Assembly (NCBI GenBank): GCA_963813305.1
Contig: CAWEYP010000006.1
Location: forward strand, 123,048 to 187,047
Direction: 5' to 3'
DNA from: an uncultured Chloroflexia bacterium
GTDB lineage: Bacteria > Chloroflexota > Limnocylindria > Limnocylindrales > CSP1-4
DNA length: 64,000 nt
This document shows positions 1 to 10,496 of this stretch, piece after piece. Under the pieces are notes generated by a model. That model searched no databases. It had not been told where the DNA came from and saw nothing but the letters and a program-made list of their open reading frames with translations. Numbering within the stretch: position 1 is the stretch's first letter; the number at the start of each line of letters is the position of its first letter. Position numbers and translations under genes: made by a program.

Positions 1-1109
1 TCAAGGCCTCCGGCGACGCCGATGCGGCCGAGACGAACGGCGACCTGTACTTCATCGACAAGGGCCTGACCTCCCCGGACGAGGCGTTCGTCGACGCGAT
101 CTTCGCCCTGGCCGCCCCGGGCTACACCGCGGTGATCGAGGGCGCCGACGGCGTCTACCGGATCGGTCGGCTGGCAGAGATCAACGCGGAGCTCGTGGAT
201 CCCAACTACATGAAGCGCGCCGCCGACGCCGGCGTCGCCGAGGCGGTCTACCGCCGCTCGGCCGAGGCGATCGTCGCCCGCGACACGATCGAGGCCCAGA
301 TCCTGGCCGATGTCGTCGACAAGCCCTCCGAGCAGCGGCGCGCTGCCGAGATCGAGATCGAGAACAACGGCGGCGACCCGGTCCCCGCCGGCGCCGTGCT
401 GGTGAAGCACCTCCTGTACTCGCCCAAGGACGACCCCAACGCGGCAGCAGCGCTCGCGGCCGACGATCCGGCATGGAAGGCTGCCGAGGACGAGGCCAAG
501 AAGGCCTACGACGAGCTGCAGGCCGGGACGACGCGCTTCGTCGACCTGGCACCCGGGAGCGACGACACCACGTCGGCGGCGGCCAACGGGTTCCTGCCGT
601 ACTTCGCCAAGGACGACCCCAGCACCCAGCTGGATGCAGCCTTCGCCGCGGCGATCTTCGCGGACGGGCTCCAGCCTGGGCAGGTGCTGGCTCCGGTCAA
701 GTCGGCCTTCGGGTGGCATGTCATCCAGTTCGTCACGGCCGACGACCCGTCGGTGCGGTCCCAGAAGCTGATCGACGAGGTGACCAGGCCCGGCGCCGAC
801 GTCGCCAAGCTGGTGGCGGAGAACTCCATCGCCTCCACTGCCGTCGACGGCGGAGACCTCGGCTGGGTCGCCCGCTACCAGCTGGCCAAGAACGCCGAGG
901 ACGCCATCTTCGCCACCCAGGCGAATGGCGTCTCCACGCCGAGCCAGGGCGACGGCCTGCGCTTCTACAAGGTCTCCGAGATCGCCACCCGGTCGCCGGA
1001 CCCGGACCAGGTGACCACGCTCCGCGGCAACGCGTTCGCCAACTGGTACCAGGGGATCAAGGACGACCCCAGCCAGACGACGATCGAGCGCCTCCTCACG
1101 AGCGCCTGA
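1..1109 (+). CDS. Peptidyl-prolyl cis-trans isomerase, parvulin type (PrsA/SurA-like foldase); 5' end lies outside the window
   Basis: The frame is open from base 3. Two parvulin-like segments are present (VLVKHLLYSPKDD ... GWHVIQF and DLGWVARYQL). The ORF-track Met at 132 is internal. Confidence 0.7.
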   Translation, partial: KASGDADAAETNGDLYFIDKGLTSPDEAFVDAIFALAAPGYTAVIEGADGVYRIGRLAEINAELVDPNYMKRAADAGVAEAVYRRSAEAIVARDTIEAQILADVVDKPSEQRRAAEIEIENNGGDPVPAGAVLVKHLLYSPKDDPNAAAALAADDPAWKAAEDEAKKAYDELQAGTTRFVDLAPGSDDTTSAAANGFLPYFAKDDPSTQLDAAFAAAIFADGLQPGQVLAPVKSAFGWHVIQFVTADDPSVRSQKLIDEVTRPGADVAKLVAENSIASTAVDGGDLGWVARYQLAKNAEDAIFATQANGVSTPSQGDGLRFYKVSEIATRSPDPDQVTTLRGNAFANWYQGIKDDPSQTTIERLLTSA

Positions 1110-1121
1110 CCGGAGCGGCGC

Positions 1122-2309
1122 GTGCTCGACGCCCTGCTTGCCGAGGCGCGACTCCGCTGGGGGCTCGACCCCGCCGACGGCCTCGCGGTGGTGCCGGCGG
1201 AGCGCCTGATCTCGATCCCGGTGGAGCCGTCGCGGCCGGTGCTTCTCGTCCCGCTGGCCGTCCTGCGGTCGGCGGCCCCCGACGAGCCGCCCACTCCGCT
1301 GGCCGGCCGCCACGGACCGGCCGGCCGCGACGCGCTGACGCTGCTGCGCCGGCTCTACCCGCCCGATCACCCGGTCGGGCGGTTCGGCGTGGCGGAGGGC
1401 ACGATCGTCGGTGACCTCCGCGAGGCCGACCTCGCGGCACCCCTCTACCTGGCGCCCGTCGCGCCTGAGCTGGCAGCCGCATCGCCGTGGGGCATGCCCT
1501 GGATCTCGAACCGCCTGCGGGCCCCGGACGGCTGCCCCTGGGACCGCGAGCAGACCCACGAGTCGCTCCGCAACCACCTCCTCGAGGAGGCCTACGAGGT
1601 CTACGACGCGCTGGCCGACGGGGCCACGCCGGAGCTGGCCGGCGAGCTCGGCGACCTCTGGCTGCAGGTCGTCCTTCACGCCCAGCTCGCCGCCGAGGCC
1701 GGCGTCTTCGACCTGGCCGACGTCCAGGCGGCGATCGCCTCCAAGATCGTGCGGCGCCACCCCCACGTCTTCGGCGACGCGGAGGTCCGCACGGCGACCG
1801 ACGTCAACCGCCAGTGGGAGCGGATCAAGCAGGCGGAGCGCGCGGTCGCCGCCGCCGCGTCGGCCCAGGACGGCGAGCCGGCGCCCGCACCGAAGAGCGC
1901 CCTCGAGGGCGTCAGCCGCTCCATGCCGGCCCTGGCGGCCAGCCAGGAGATGCAGGAGCGCGCCGCCCACCTCGGCTACGACTGGCCGAGCGTCGAGGGG
2001 ATCCTGGCCAAGGTGGCCGAGGAGCTCGGCGAGCTGGCGGAGGCCGAGGGCTCGGCCGCCCGCCGGGAGGAGCTGGGCGACCTGCTCATGGTCGTCGTCA
2101 ACCTGGCCCGCCACCACGACGTGGAGGCGGAGGCGGCGCTCCGGGCGGCCAACGAGAAGTTCCGGCGCCGCTTCGGGATCGTCGAGCGGCTGGCGGCGGA
2201 ACGCGGCGTCGCCCTCCGCGACCTCTCCTTCGCCCAGCTCGACGAGCTGTGGGACGCGGCGAAGGCCGAGCTGGCGCGCCAGAATGGGTCGCAGGAGGTG
2301 CCGCGATGA
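1122..2309 (+). CDS. mazG: MazG-family nucleoside triphosphate pyrophosphohydrolase (YabN-like, with N-terminal methylase-like domain)
   Basis: Tandem MazG EEXXE-type motifs ([20 protein letters not shown] and [17 protein letters not shown]). The stop overlaps the rph start as ATGA. Confidence 0.8.
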   Translation: MLDALLAEARLRWGLDPADGLAVVPAERLISIPVEPSRPVLLVPLAVLRSAAPDEPPTPLAGRHGPAGRDALTLLRRLYPPDHPVGRFGVAEGTIVGDLREADLAAPLYLAPVAPELAAASPWGMPWISNRLRAPDGCPWDREQTHESLRNHLLEEAYEVYDALADGATPELAGELGDLWLQVVLHAQLAAEAGVFDLADVQAAIASKIVRRHPHVFGDAEVRTATDVNRQWERIKQAERAVAAAASAQDGEPAPAPKSALEGVSRSMPALAASQEMQERAAHLGYDWPSVEGILAKVAEELGELAEAEGSAARREELGDLLMVVVNLARHHDVEAEAALRAANEKFRRRFGIVERLAAERGVALRDLSFAQLDELWDAAKAELARQNGSQEVPR

Positions 2310-3040
2310 CGATCGGCAACCGGGCCGTCCTTCGCCCGTCGGGCCGCCGGCCGGACGAGCTGCGGCCCGTGACGATGACGCTGGGCGTCCAGAAGTGGGC
2401 CGAGGGTTCCTGCCGGATCCGCGTCGGCGATACCGAGGTCCTGTGCGCGGCGACCATCGAAGACCGCGTCCCGCCGCACCTGCGGGGCAAGGGCAGCGGC
2501 TGGGTCACCGCCGAGTACTCCATGCTGCCGCGCTCCACCGCGGAGCGGACGCAGCGCGAGGCGACCGCCGGCAAGATCGGCGGCCGGACCCACGAGATCC
2601 AGCGCCTCATCGGCCGGTCCCTGCGCGGCGTCGTGGACCTGGGCCGGCTGGGCGAGCGGACCGTCACGGTCGACTGCGACGTGCTCCAGGCCGACGGCGG
2701 CACCCGCACCGCGAGCATCACGGGCGGGTACGTCGCCCTGGCGGCGGCCCTCACCGCGTACGGCATGGAGCGGCTGCTGGTCGGGAAGGTGGCCGCCGTC
2801 TCGGTCGGCATCCACGACGGCGTCGCGCTGCTCGACCTCGACTATGCCGAGGACCGGGTCGCCGAGGTCGACTTCAACGTCGTGGGCACGGACGCCGGGC
2901 GCTACGTCGAGCTGCAGGGGACGGCCGAGGGCAAGGCCTTCTCGCGCGACGACCTGGGGGCGCTGCTCGACCTGGCCGGGACCGGGCTGGCCCGGCTCTT
3001 CGAGGCGCAGGCAGCCATCCTCGCCACCGTCAAGCGGTGA
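2306..3040 (+). CDS. rph: Ribonuclease PH
   Basis: Full-length RNase PH signature ([15 protein letters not shown]...[15 protein letters not shown]). The ATG at 2306 overlaps the mazG stop, and the rph stop overlaps the next GTG start as GTGA. Confidence 0.9.
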   Translation: MTIGNRAVLRPSGRRPDELRPVTMTLGVQKWAEGSCRIRVGDTEVLCAATIEDRVPPHLRGKGSGWVTAEYSMLPRSTAERTQREATAGKIGGRTHEIQRLIGRSLRGVVDLGRLGERTVTVDCDVLQADGGTRTASITGGYVALAAALTAYGMERLLVGKVAAVSVGIHDGVALLDLDYAEDRVAEVDFNVVGTDAGRYVELQGTAEGKAFSRDDLGALLDLAGTGLARLFEAQAAILATVKR

Positions 3041-3672
3041 CCGGACGACCCCGTCTCCTCGTCGCCACGCGCTCGCGGCACAAGCTGGCCGAGCTGCGCG
3101 ACCTGCTGCGGCTGGAGCGGGCCGAGCTCGTCGACCTCGACGACGTCGGGATCGACGAGGAGGTGGAGGAGACCGGCGCCACCTTCGCCGCCAACGCCGC
3201 CCTGAAGGCTCGGGCGTACGCCCGGCTCTCCGGGCTCCCGACCCTCGCGGACGACTCGGGGCTCGAGGTGGACCACCTGGGCGGCGGGCCGGGCGTCCGC
3301 ACGCGGCGCTATGCCGGCGAGCAGGCGACCGACGAGGACAACAACGCCAGGCTCCTGGCCGCGCTGGCAGGCCTCCCGCCGGAGCGCCGGGGGGCGCGCT
3401 ACCGGTGCGTCCTCGCCCTCGCCCTGCCGGGCCGGGCGGGGCCGCGCGGCGGCCTGCCGGTGCACCTGGCCCGCGGCACCTTCGAGGGCCGGATCGGGAC
3501 GGCGCCGCGCGGCTCGAACGGCTTTGGCTACGACCCCATCTTCGAGCCCGCGAGCGAGCCGCCCGGCGGCGCCACCGTCGGGGAGTGGCCGCCGGAGCGG
3601 AAGCAGGCGGTCTCCCACCGGGCGCGCGCAGCCCGGCGCATGGCTCCGCGCCTCGCCCGGGAGGGGTTCTGA
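3037..3672 (+). CDS. rdgB: Non-canonical purine NTP pyrophosphatase (dITP/XTP pyrophosphatase, RdgB/Ham1 family)
   Basis: Ham1 motifs ([43 protein letters not shown]). Sits in the conserved rph-rdgB arrangement. Confidence 0.85.
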   Translation: MTGRPRLLVATRSRHKLAELRDLLRLERAELVDLDDVGIDEEVEETGATFAANAALKARAYARLSGLPTLADDSGLEVDHLGGGPGVRTRRYAGEQATDEDNNARLLAALAGLPPERRGARYRCVLALALPGRAGPRGGLPVHLARGTFEGRIGTAPRGSNGFGYDPIFEPASEPPGGATVGEWPPERKQAVSHRARAARRMAPRLAREGF

Positions 3673-3744
3673 TCGAGGGCGCCGCCGCGGGGCCCTGACC
3701 GCGGACCCTCTTGCGCTCGACGGCCGGAGCACGATGATGCGCAG

Positions 3745-6700
3745 GTGACCAAGCGCTGCGACGCCTGCGGAGCCGAGAGCCCGCCGACCTCGAGGTACTG
3801 CGGGGCGTGCGGCCGCGCGCTCCCGGCCCGCTGCCCGGCCTGCGGGACCGCCGTCGAGGGCGAGGCGCGGTTCTGCGGGGCGTGCGGCACGCCGATCGAG
3901 CCGCCCGCGCCGGCGCCGCCGGCACGCTCGGCGCCTGCGCCCGAGGCGTCCCCGCTCGCCGCCGGCGAGCCGCTGGTGGCCGGTCCCGGCGCCTTCGCCG
4001 CCCGGCGAGCAGCCGGCCACGGGACGCCTCCGGTCGCCGAGCGGCGCCAGGTCTCGGTCCTCTTCATCGACCTCGTCGCGTTCACCGAGCGCACGTCCGG
4101 GCGCGACCCGGAAGAGGTCCGTGACCTCCTCGATCGCTACTTCGAGACCAGCCGGGGGCTGATCGGTCGCTATGGCGGCACCCTCGAGAAGTTCATCGGC
4201 GACGCGGTGATGGCGGTCTGGGGGACGCCCGTCGCCCACGAGGACGATGCCGAACGCGCCGTCCGGGCGGCCCTGGACCTGGTCGCCGCGGTCGACGGCC
4301 TCGGCGCGGAGCTGGGCCTCGACGGCCTGTCCGCCCGCGGCGGCGTGGTCACCGGCGAGGCGGCGGTCACGGTCGGCGCGATCGGCCAGGGGATGGTCGC
4401 CGGCGACGTGGTCAACACGGCCTCCCGGCTCCAGGGCGCCGCCCCGCCGGGCGCGGTCCTGGTGGACGAGACGACGCACCGGATCGTGCGCGGGTCGATC
4501 GCCTTCACGTCGGCCGGGGCGCAGGCGCTCCGCGGGATCCCGCTCCCCGTGACGGCCTGGGAGGCGCGCCGGGTCGTGGCCCTGCGGCGCGGCCGGGGCA
4601 GGAGCCTGAGCCTCGAGGGTCCGCTGGTCGGTCGCGAGCGCACGCTCGCCGTCGTGAAGGAGCTGCTGGACAGCGTGCGCGCGGAGCGGACGGTCCGCCA
4701 GCTCTCGATCGTCGGCCAGGCCGGCGTGGGCAAGAGCCGGATCGCCTGGGAGCTCGAGAAGTACGTCGACGGCGTCGTCGAGCCGATCTGGTGGCACCAG
4801 GCCGGCTCGCCCGCCTACGGTGAGGGTCTGGCGTTCTGGGCGCTCGCCGAGATGGTCCGCACGCGGGCGGGGCTCGGCGGCAGCGAGACGCCGGGGGTCG
4901 CGCGGCAGCGCCTGGCCGCGTGCCTGGCGCGCTTCGTGCCGGACGCGGCCGAGCGGCGCTGGATCGCCCCGTTCCTGGCCGCGCTCGTCGACCTCGGCCC
5001 GGCGACGGGCGGCGAGCGGGAGGAGCAGTTTGCCGCCTGGCGGACCTTCTTCGAGCGGATCGCGGACCAGGGCACGACCGTCCTCGTCTTCGACGACCTC
5101 CACTGGGCCGACGCCGGCCTGCTCGACTTCGTGGACGACCTCGTGGAGCGGTCGAGGGCCCACCCGCTGCTCGTCGTGACGGTCGCCCGGCCGGAGCTCC
5201 TGGAGCGTCGGCCGGCGTGGGGCGTCGACGGCGGCGGCAGGGTGGGTGTCAGCCTCGAGCCCCTTCCGCGCGACGCGATGGCCGAGCTCCTCGCCGGCCT
5301 GGCGCCCGGCCTGCCGGTCGACCTGACGGACCGGATCCTCGATCGCGCGGCGGGGATCCCGCTGTATGCCGCGGAGCTCGTCCGGATGCTCGTGGATCGA
5401 GGCGACCTGGAAGCGTCCGCCGACGGGTACGAGGTCCGCGGCCCGCTCGACCGGCTGGCGGTGCCCGAGACGCTCCATGCCCTCGTTGCCGCCCGTCTCG
5501 ACGACCTCGACCCGGACGACCGGGCGCTCCTGCAGCACGCGGCGGTGCTCGGCGACGCCTTCCGGCGCGACGCGCTCGCGGCCGTCGCGGGGATCACCGC
5601 CGGGGAGATCGAGCCGGCCCTCGGGCGCCTCGTCCGGCGCGAGCTGCTGGCCCCGATCGAGGATGACCGCCGGCCCGGATGGGACCGACTCCGGTTCGTC
5701 GAGTGGCTCGTCCGGGAGGTCGCCTACGGGACGCTTGCCCTGCGGGACCGGCGGGCGCTCCATCTCGCGGCGGCGAGCCACTTCGAGTCGCTCGACGACC
5801 CCGAGGCCAGCGGGGCGATCGCCAGCCACGTCCTGGCGGCCTATCGCTCGGGGCCTCGCGGAACGGGCGATCCCGCCCTCGCCGAGCGCGCCGTCGGGGC
5901 CCTTCGGACGGCGGCGGAGCGCGCTTCGGCCCTCCACGCGCCCGAAGCGGCGCTGCCCTTCCTCGAGGAGGCCCTCGGGGTGGCCGCGGACCCGGCGGAG
6001 GTGGCCGCGATCCACGAGCACGCCGCGGCCGCGGCGCAGGCGCTCGCCCGGCTCGCCGAGGCCGAGGCGTACGCCCGGTCGGCGCTGGCGTGGCACCGGG
6101 AGCGCGGCGACCGCTCCGCGCTGGCCCGCACGGCGACGCGGCTCGGGGCGATCCAGGTGGCCCGTTACGACACGGCGGCCGTCGACACGATGCGGGCGGT
6201 GGTGGACGAGCTCCACGTCGACGATCCCGGCGGGGCGCTGGCGCTGGTCGACGACCCGGCCGAGATCGGCCTCCTGGCGGGCCTCGCCCGCGCCTGCGTC
6301 GTCAACGGGCGCATGGCGGAGGCGATCGGCTGGGCCGATCGCGCCCTGGCCGGCGCCGATCGCCTGCGCCTCGTCCCGCTCACGGCCGACGCCCTGGCGG
6401 CCAAGGGCGCCGCGCTCCTGGAGGAGCGCCGGACGACGGAGGGCATTGCCCTCCTGCGCGCGGCCCAGGCCGTGGCCGAGGACCACGGCCTGGTCGTCTC
6501 GGGGCTTCGCGCCCGGAACAGCCTTGCCGTCGGGCTGCTCGCCGACGACCCGCGGGCGGCCTTCGTCACCGCCGACGCCGGCCTCGCGGTCGCCCGGCGG
6601 CTCGGGTTCCGCGATTCGGCCATTCGGCTCGCCAGCAACTGGGCCGAGGCCGCCCTCGAGGTCGGCGCGTGGGATGCCGCGCTCGAGGTCCTCGCCGAGC

Positions 6701-7407
6701 TCGTCGACGACGACCTCCCGATCACCGACCGCGTCGATCTCGGCGGCGTCGTGGCGCTCGTCCTGGCGTGGCGGGGCGACGCGGAGGCAACGGAGCGCTT
6801 CGAGGCCCTCGCGGCGCTGATCCCGCCGCAGGGGGAGGAGCTCGCCGCGGCGACGCTGCTCTACCGCCGAGCGCTCGCCGCGCTCGCGCAGGGGCGGCCC
6901 GCCGCGGCCCAGGCGGACGCGGAGGCGGCCCTCGCCACGGGGGCGGCGTTCGGCGGCGTGACCGCGCTGCGCGAGGCCGGCGTGGCAGTCGCCCGGGCTG
7001 CGCTGTGGGGCGGGGACACGGAGCGGCTGGCGCGGGGGATCGCGGATCTCCGGTCGTCGGGCCTCGGCGGGCGCTGGGTCCGGGCGATCGTCAGGACGCT
7101 GGAGGCCGGGCTGGCCGCGCGGCTGGGCGAGGCAGATGTCGCCGCGGGGCGCTACGCGGAGGCCGCGGCTGCCTGGCGCCGGCTGGACCTGCCGCTCCAG
7201 CTCGCGCTGTGCCGGCAGGAGGCCGCGGCGCTGCTGCCGCCGGACGCGGCCGACGTCATCCCCGCCCGCGATGAAGCCCGCGCGATCCTCGAGTCGCTTG
7301 GAGCGCGCGGGCTGCTGGAGCGGCTCGGCGCCGGTCTGGCCGTGGCGTCCCCCGACGCCGACGATGCCGGGTCGGCAGGGCGTCAGCCGCCCGAGTTCTT
7401 CTTGTAG
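3745..7407 (+). CDS. Class III adenylate/guanylate cyclase fused to an AAA/NACHT-like ATPase and TPR repeats, with an N-terminal double zinc ribbon
   Basis: Two CxxC...CxxC zinc ribbons, then a cyclase catalytic domain (VSVLFIDLVAFTERT...FIGDAVMAVWG...NTASRLQ). A P-loop follows (GQAGVGKSR), then a long helical TPR-like C-terminus. The giant antisense ORF 2902..7776 is a GC artefact. Confidence 0.85.
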   Translation: MTKRCDACGAESPPTSRYCGACGRALPARCPACGTAVEGEARFCGACGTPIEPPAPAPPARSAPAPEASPLAAGEPLVAGPGAFAARRAAGHGTPPVAERRQVSVLFIDLVAFTERTSGRDPEEVRDLLDRYFETSRGLIGRYGGTLEKFIGDAVMAVWGTPVAHEDDAERAVRAALDLVAAVDGLGAELGLDGLSARGGVVTGEAAVTVGAIGQGMVAGDVVNTASRLQGAAPPGAVLVDETTHRIVRGSIAFTSAGAQALRGIPLPVTAWEARRVVALRRGRGRSLSLEGPLVGRERTLAVVKELLDSVRAERTVRQLSIVGQAGVGKSRIAWELEKYVDGVVEPIWWHQAGSPAYGEGLAFWALAEMVRTRAGLGGSETPGVARQRLAACLARFVPDAAERRWIAPFLAALVDLGPATGGEREEQFAAWRTFFERIADQGTTVLVFDDLHWADAGLLDFVDDLVERSRAHPLLVVTVARPELLERRPAWGVDGGGRVGVSLEPLPRDAMAELLAGLAPGLPVDLTDRILDRAAGIPLYAAELVRMLVDRGDLEASADGYEVRGPLDRLAVPETLHALVAARLDDLDPDDRALLQHAAVLGDAFRRDALAAVAGITAGEIEPALGRLVRRELLAPIEDDRRPGWDRLRFVEWLVREVAYGTLALRDRRALHLAAASHFESLDDPEASGAIASHVLAAYRSGPRGTGDPALAERAVGALRTAAERASALHAPEAALPFLEEALGVAADPAEVAAIHEHAAAAAQALARLAEAEAYARSALAWHRERGDRSALARTATRLGAIQVARYDTAAVDTMRAVVDELHVDDPGGALALVDDPAEIGLLAGLARACVVNGRMAEAIGWADRALAGADRLRLVPLTADALAAKGAALLEERRTTEGIALLRAAQAVAEDHGLVVSGLRARNSLAVGLLADDPRAAFVTADAGLAVARRLGFRDSAIRLASNWAEAALEVGAWDAALEVLAELVDDDLPITDRVDLGGVVALVLAWRGDAEATERFEALAALIPPQGEELAAATLLYRRALAALAQGRPAAAQADAEAALATGAAFGGVTALREAGVAVARAALWGGDTERLARGIADLRSSGLGGRWVRAIVRTLEAGLAARLGEADVAAGRYAEAAAAWRRLDLPLQLALCRQEAAALLPPDAADVIPARDEARAILESLGARGLLERLGAGLAVASPDADDAGSAGRQPPEFFL

Positions 7408-7754
7408 ATCGTCACCGCGACCGTTTCCTCCTCGGGCGCGACGACCGCCATCGCGAAGAGATGGATCCGGCTGAGCGTCTGGTGGTGGTTCACGACGAAG
7501 GTCGTGACATGCCAGCCCCGGTTGAACCCCGCATCGGTGAACGCCCGCTCGTCCACCAGTGCCTCCACCGGGTGATGCAGGAACCACTCCGCGTCGGGAG
7601 AGCTGCTCTTGAACCGCTTGGCGAACAGCTTGAACGGGACCGGCATCGCCGGGGGTTCCTGCGACACCAGGCCCTCCAGCCCCAGCTCGATCCAGGCGCT
7701 CGAGTCGTCCTCCTGCCCTGGCGTGAGCCAGGGGGTCGATCCCATGTCGGCCAT
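7383..7754 (-). CDS. Hypothetical protein (123 aa), convergent with and overlapping the 3' end of the cyclase gene by 25 nt
   Basis: Non-repetitive sequence. Codon third positions are strongly G/C-biased, as in true genes here. No recognisable family. Confidence 0.45.
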   Translation of the reverse strand: MADMGSTPWLTPGQEDDSSAWIELGLEGLVSQEPPAMPVPFKLFAKRFKSSSPDAEWFLHHPVEALVDERAFTDAGFNRGWHVTTFVVNHHQTLSRIHLFAMAVVAPEEETVAVTIYKKNSGG

Positions 7755-7890
7755 TGCGTCCCCTCCTCTTGATCACTGCGTGCTCGACGGCGTCGGCGTG
7801 CCCGGCCGAGCGTAGCCGCCGGATCGCCAGCGCGCCAGAGGGTTGCTCGCCGCCTCCTCCGCGGCGAGACGAGCGGCCGCTGGCGGTGGG

Positions 7891-8260
7891 CTACGAGAGC
7901 AGGCCGGGCCAGGCCGCGCTGACGAGCTGGCCGATGAGCACCGAGGCGGCGTTGGCCGCCAGCGAGACGGCAATCGCCCGGCGAGCGGGGAGCCCGGGGA
8001 AGGCAACCCAGAAGAAGAGCGCCTCCGCCGCCACGGCCCAGCCCTCGGCCACGAGCAGGTACTCCCACGTCCCGATCAGCAGCAGCTGCGGTGAAGATGA
8101 ACCAGACCGCGGGGTGGCTGGCAAGGTTGGCGAAGAGCAGCAGGATGAGCAGCCGCGGCCGGCTCGGCTCGAAACGGCGCAGGAGGAACGCGGCGAGCGG
8201 GACCTCCACCAGCACGGTGAGCAGGAAGGCCCTGAACCACAGGTCGACGGGGAAGTACAC
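7891..8260 (-). pseudogene. Small polytopic membrane protein (about 125 aa, about 4 TM) interrupted by a 1-nt frameshift near 8090
   Basis: Two hydrophobic halves sit in adjacent frames (…LFANLASHPAVWFIF | QLLLIGTWEYLLVAEGWAVAAEALFFWVAFPG…). They join across one extra base in ttcaccgcagctgctg. Confidence 0.4.
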
Positions 8261-8635
8261 GCTGGCCTCGTTGCGCGTGGCGGTCTCGTCGGCGGCTCGG
8301 CGCGAACGCCGCGGCGGGAGTGCGGGCCGGGCATCGTAGCCCTTCCCGCCAAGGGTTGCCTGCCCCGGCGCCAGCCGGCAGAGCCCTTCGTCACGAACCG
8401 GGGCCGGCAGAGCCCGGGGACGGCGGGGCCGGCCCCGGAGCCCACGGTCCCGCCGGCGACGCCGCGAACGCCCGGGTTGCCGTCGCGCACCGCCGTGCAA
8501 CTGCGACGTGGCCTTGCGCCCGGGTCGGGGGTATGCTCGACGGGCACTCCTGAGCGGTGCGCCGGGCCACGCATCCGCGAAGGCCCGGATCACCGCCCGT
8601 CGGGGATGTCGCACGCCGGGGGAGGTGGACGCACG

Positions 8636-10044
8636 ATGTCGCTGCTACGGCGGGTCGAGCAGGCGCAGCACGGCACCGACAGCCAGGCGCCCGGTGCGGT
8701 CGTACCGGTCCCGCCTCCGGCCGCCGCGAAGAAGGCGCATGCGGCGCGCGAGGAGTTCCTGCACGACATCCGGCTGCGCCTCCTGGACGAGGCCAGCAAC
8801 TCCTCCGCTTCGCTGTTCTCCGCGTCCACGCCGGCGGAGGTCCACACCAGGGTGGAGGCGATCGCCGACCGGCTCATCCGCGCGAACGGGTTCGCCGTCA
8901 CGGGGGATGAGCGCAGGCGCCTGGTCGACGAGCTGGTCGGGGAGATCACGGGACTCGGGCCGCTGGAGCCGCTCCTGCGCGACGACACGATCACCGAGGT
9001 GATGGTCAACGGCCCGAACCAGGTCTACATCGAGCGGCGCGGCAAGATCCTGCGCGTCGACAGCCACTTCCTGAGCGAAGAGCACGTGCTCCGGATCATC
9101 GACCGGATCATCACCCCCCTGGAAGGCGCATCGACCAGTCCAGCCCGCGGGTCGATGCCCGCCTGCCCGACGGCTCCCGCGTCAACGCGATCATCCCGCC
9201 GCTGTCGCTCATCGGTCCGGTCATCACGATCCGGAAGTTCTCCGCCAACCCCTTCACGGTGGACGACCTGGTCGGCTTCGGGACCGCGACCCCCGAGATG
9301 TTCGAGTTCCTGCGCGTCTGCGTCGAAGGACGGCTCAACGTCTTCGTGTCGGGCGGCACCGGCTCGGGCAAGACGACCACCCTCAACGTCCTCTCCTCCT
9401 TCATCCCGAACGACGAGCGGATCATCACCATCGAGGACGCCGCCGAGCTGCAGCTCCGCCAGGAGCACGTGGTGACGCTGGAAGCCCGGCCGCAGAACCT
9501 GGAGGGCGAGGGCGAGATCACGATCCGCGACCTGCTCCGCAACTCCCTCCACATGCGGCCCGACCGGATCATCGTCGGGGAGTGCCGCGGTGGCGAGGCC
9601 CTCGACATGGTCCAGGCCATGACGGTGGGCCAGGAGGGCTCGCTGTCCACCGGGCACGCGAACAGCCCGCCGGACATGCTCCGCCGCCTCGAGACGATGG
9701 TCCTGATGGCCGGCGTGGAGCTCCCGCTGCGGTCGATCCGCGAGCAGATCGCGTCGGCCGTCGACCTCATCGTCCACACGGCCCGTCTCAAGGACGGTTC
9801 CCGCAAGGTCGTCAACATCACCGAGGTCTACGGGATGGAGGACGACGAGATCCTGATGCAGGACATCTTCGTCTTCGAGCAGACGGGCGTCGACGAGGGG
9901 AAGATCCAGGGGCTGCTCAAGCCGACCGGGATCCGGCCGACGTTCATGCCGAGGTTCGCGCAGCGCGGGATCGAGCTGCCGCTCGGGGAGTTCGGTATCC
10001 CTCCCGAGGATCCGGCGCATCCGACCCGCCCGGGGAAGGGACGC
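8636..10044 (+). CDS. cpaF: CpaF/TadA-type pilus assembly ATPase. It is frameshifted (1-nt deletion at ccccctgg-aagg, about 9121) and runs in frame into the next domain with no stop
   Basis: RBS ggaggtgga precedes ATG 8636. CpaF motifs are present ([23 protein letters not shown]; Walker [10 protein letters not shown] in ORF 9259..10434). Reinserting one G restores …[35 protein letters not shown]…. Confidence 0.75.
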
Positions 10045-10047
10045 TGG

Positions 10048-10434
10048 TTGACGGGCGTTGGGCAGCAGGCGGCCGAGGCATCCCGACCCCCGGTCGGCAC
10101 CGGCCGGGCGGTCAGGGCCGGCGGCATGATCTACATCTCCTCGATGGGGCCCGTCGATCCGAAGAGCGGCATGGTCGTCAGCAATGCGATCAAGGAGCAG
10201 GCCCGCCAGTGCCTGCACAACCTCAAGGCGAGGCTGGAGACCGAAGGGAGCTCGCTCGAGAAGGTCGTCTGGGCCAACTGGGCGTTGCGCGACCCGACGG
10301 AGTTCGAGGAGTTCAACGAGGAATGGGTGCGCTGGTTCCCCGGCGACGTCCCCATTGGTCAGGGCACCCTGATGCCTCCGCTGCAGCGCCGTGCCGGCTT
10401 CCGCATCTCGATCGGGGTGATCGCCGAGGCGTAG
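10048..10434 (+). CDS. RidA/YjgF/L-PSP family domain, in the same frame as cpaF with no intervening stop. It may be a separate gene with a TTG start at 10048, or a fusion
   Basis: C-terminal 125 aa match the Rid family ([20 protein letters not shown]...[14 protein letters not shown]). Typical CpaF proteins end about 40 aa after the GxRPxF motif, roughly near 10020. Confidence 0.5.
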   Translation: MTGVGQQAAEASRPPVGTGRAVRAGGMIYISSMGPVDPKSGMVVSNAIKEQARQCLHNLKARLETEGSSLEKVVWANWALRDPTEFEEFNEEWVRWFPGDVPIGQGTLMPPLQRRAGFRISIGVIAEA

Positions 10435-10496
10435 CCGCCGACCGGCGGCGCGACCCGCTCGGGCGGGGCGGCCGTCGGCCGGCGCGGGACGCCGGG

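Noticed and set aside
2902-7776. 1624-aa minus-strand ORF spanning rdgB and the whole cyclase gene
   Set aside because: Arg/Gly/Pro-rich low-complexity translation, antisense to well-supported genes. A typical stop-poor antisense frame in >70% GC DNA.
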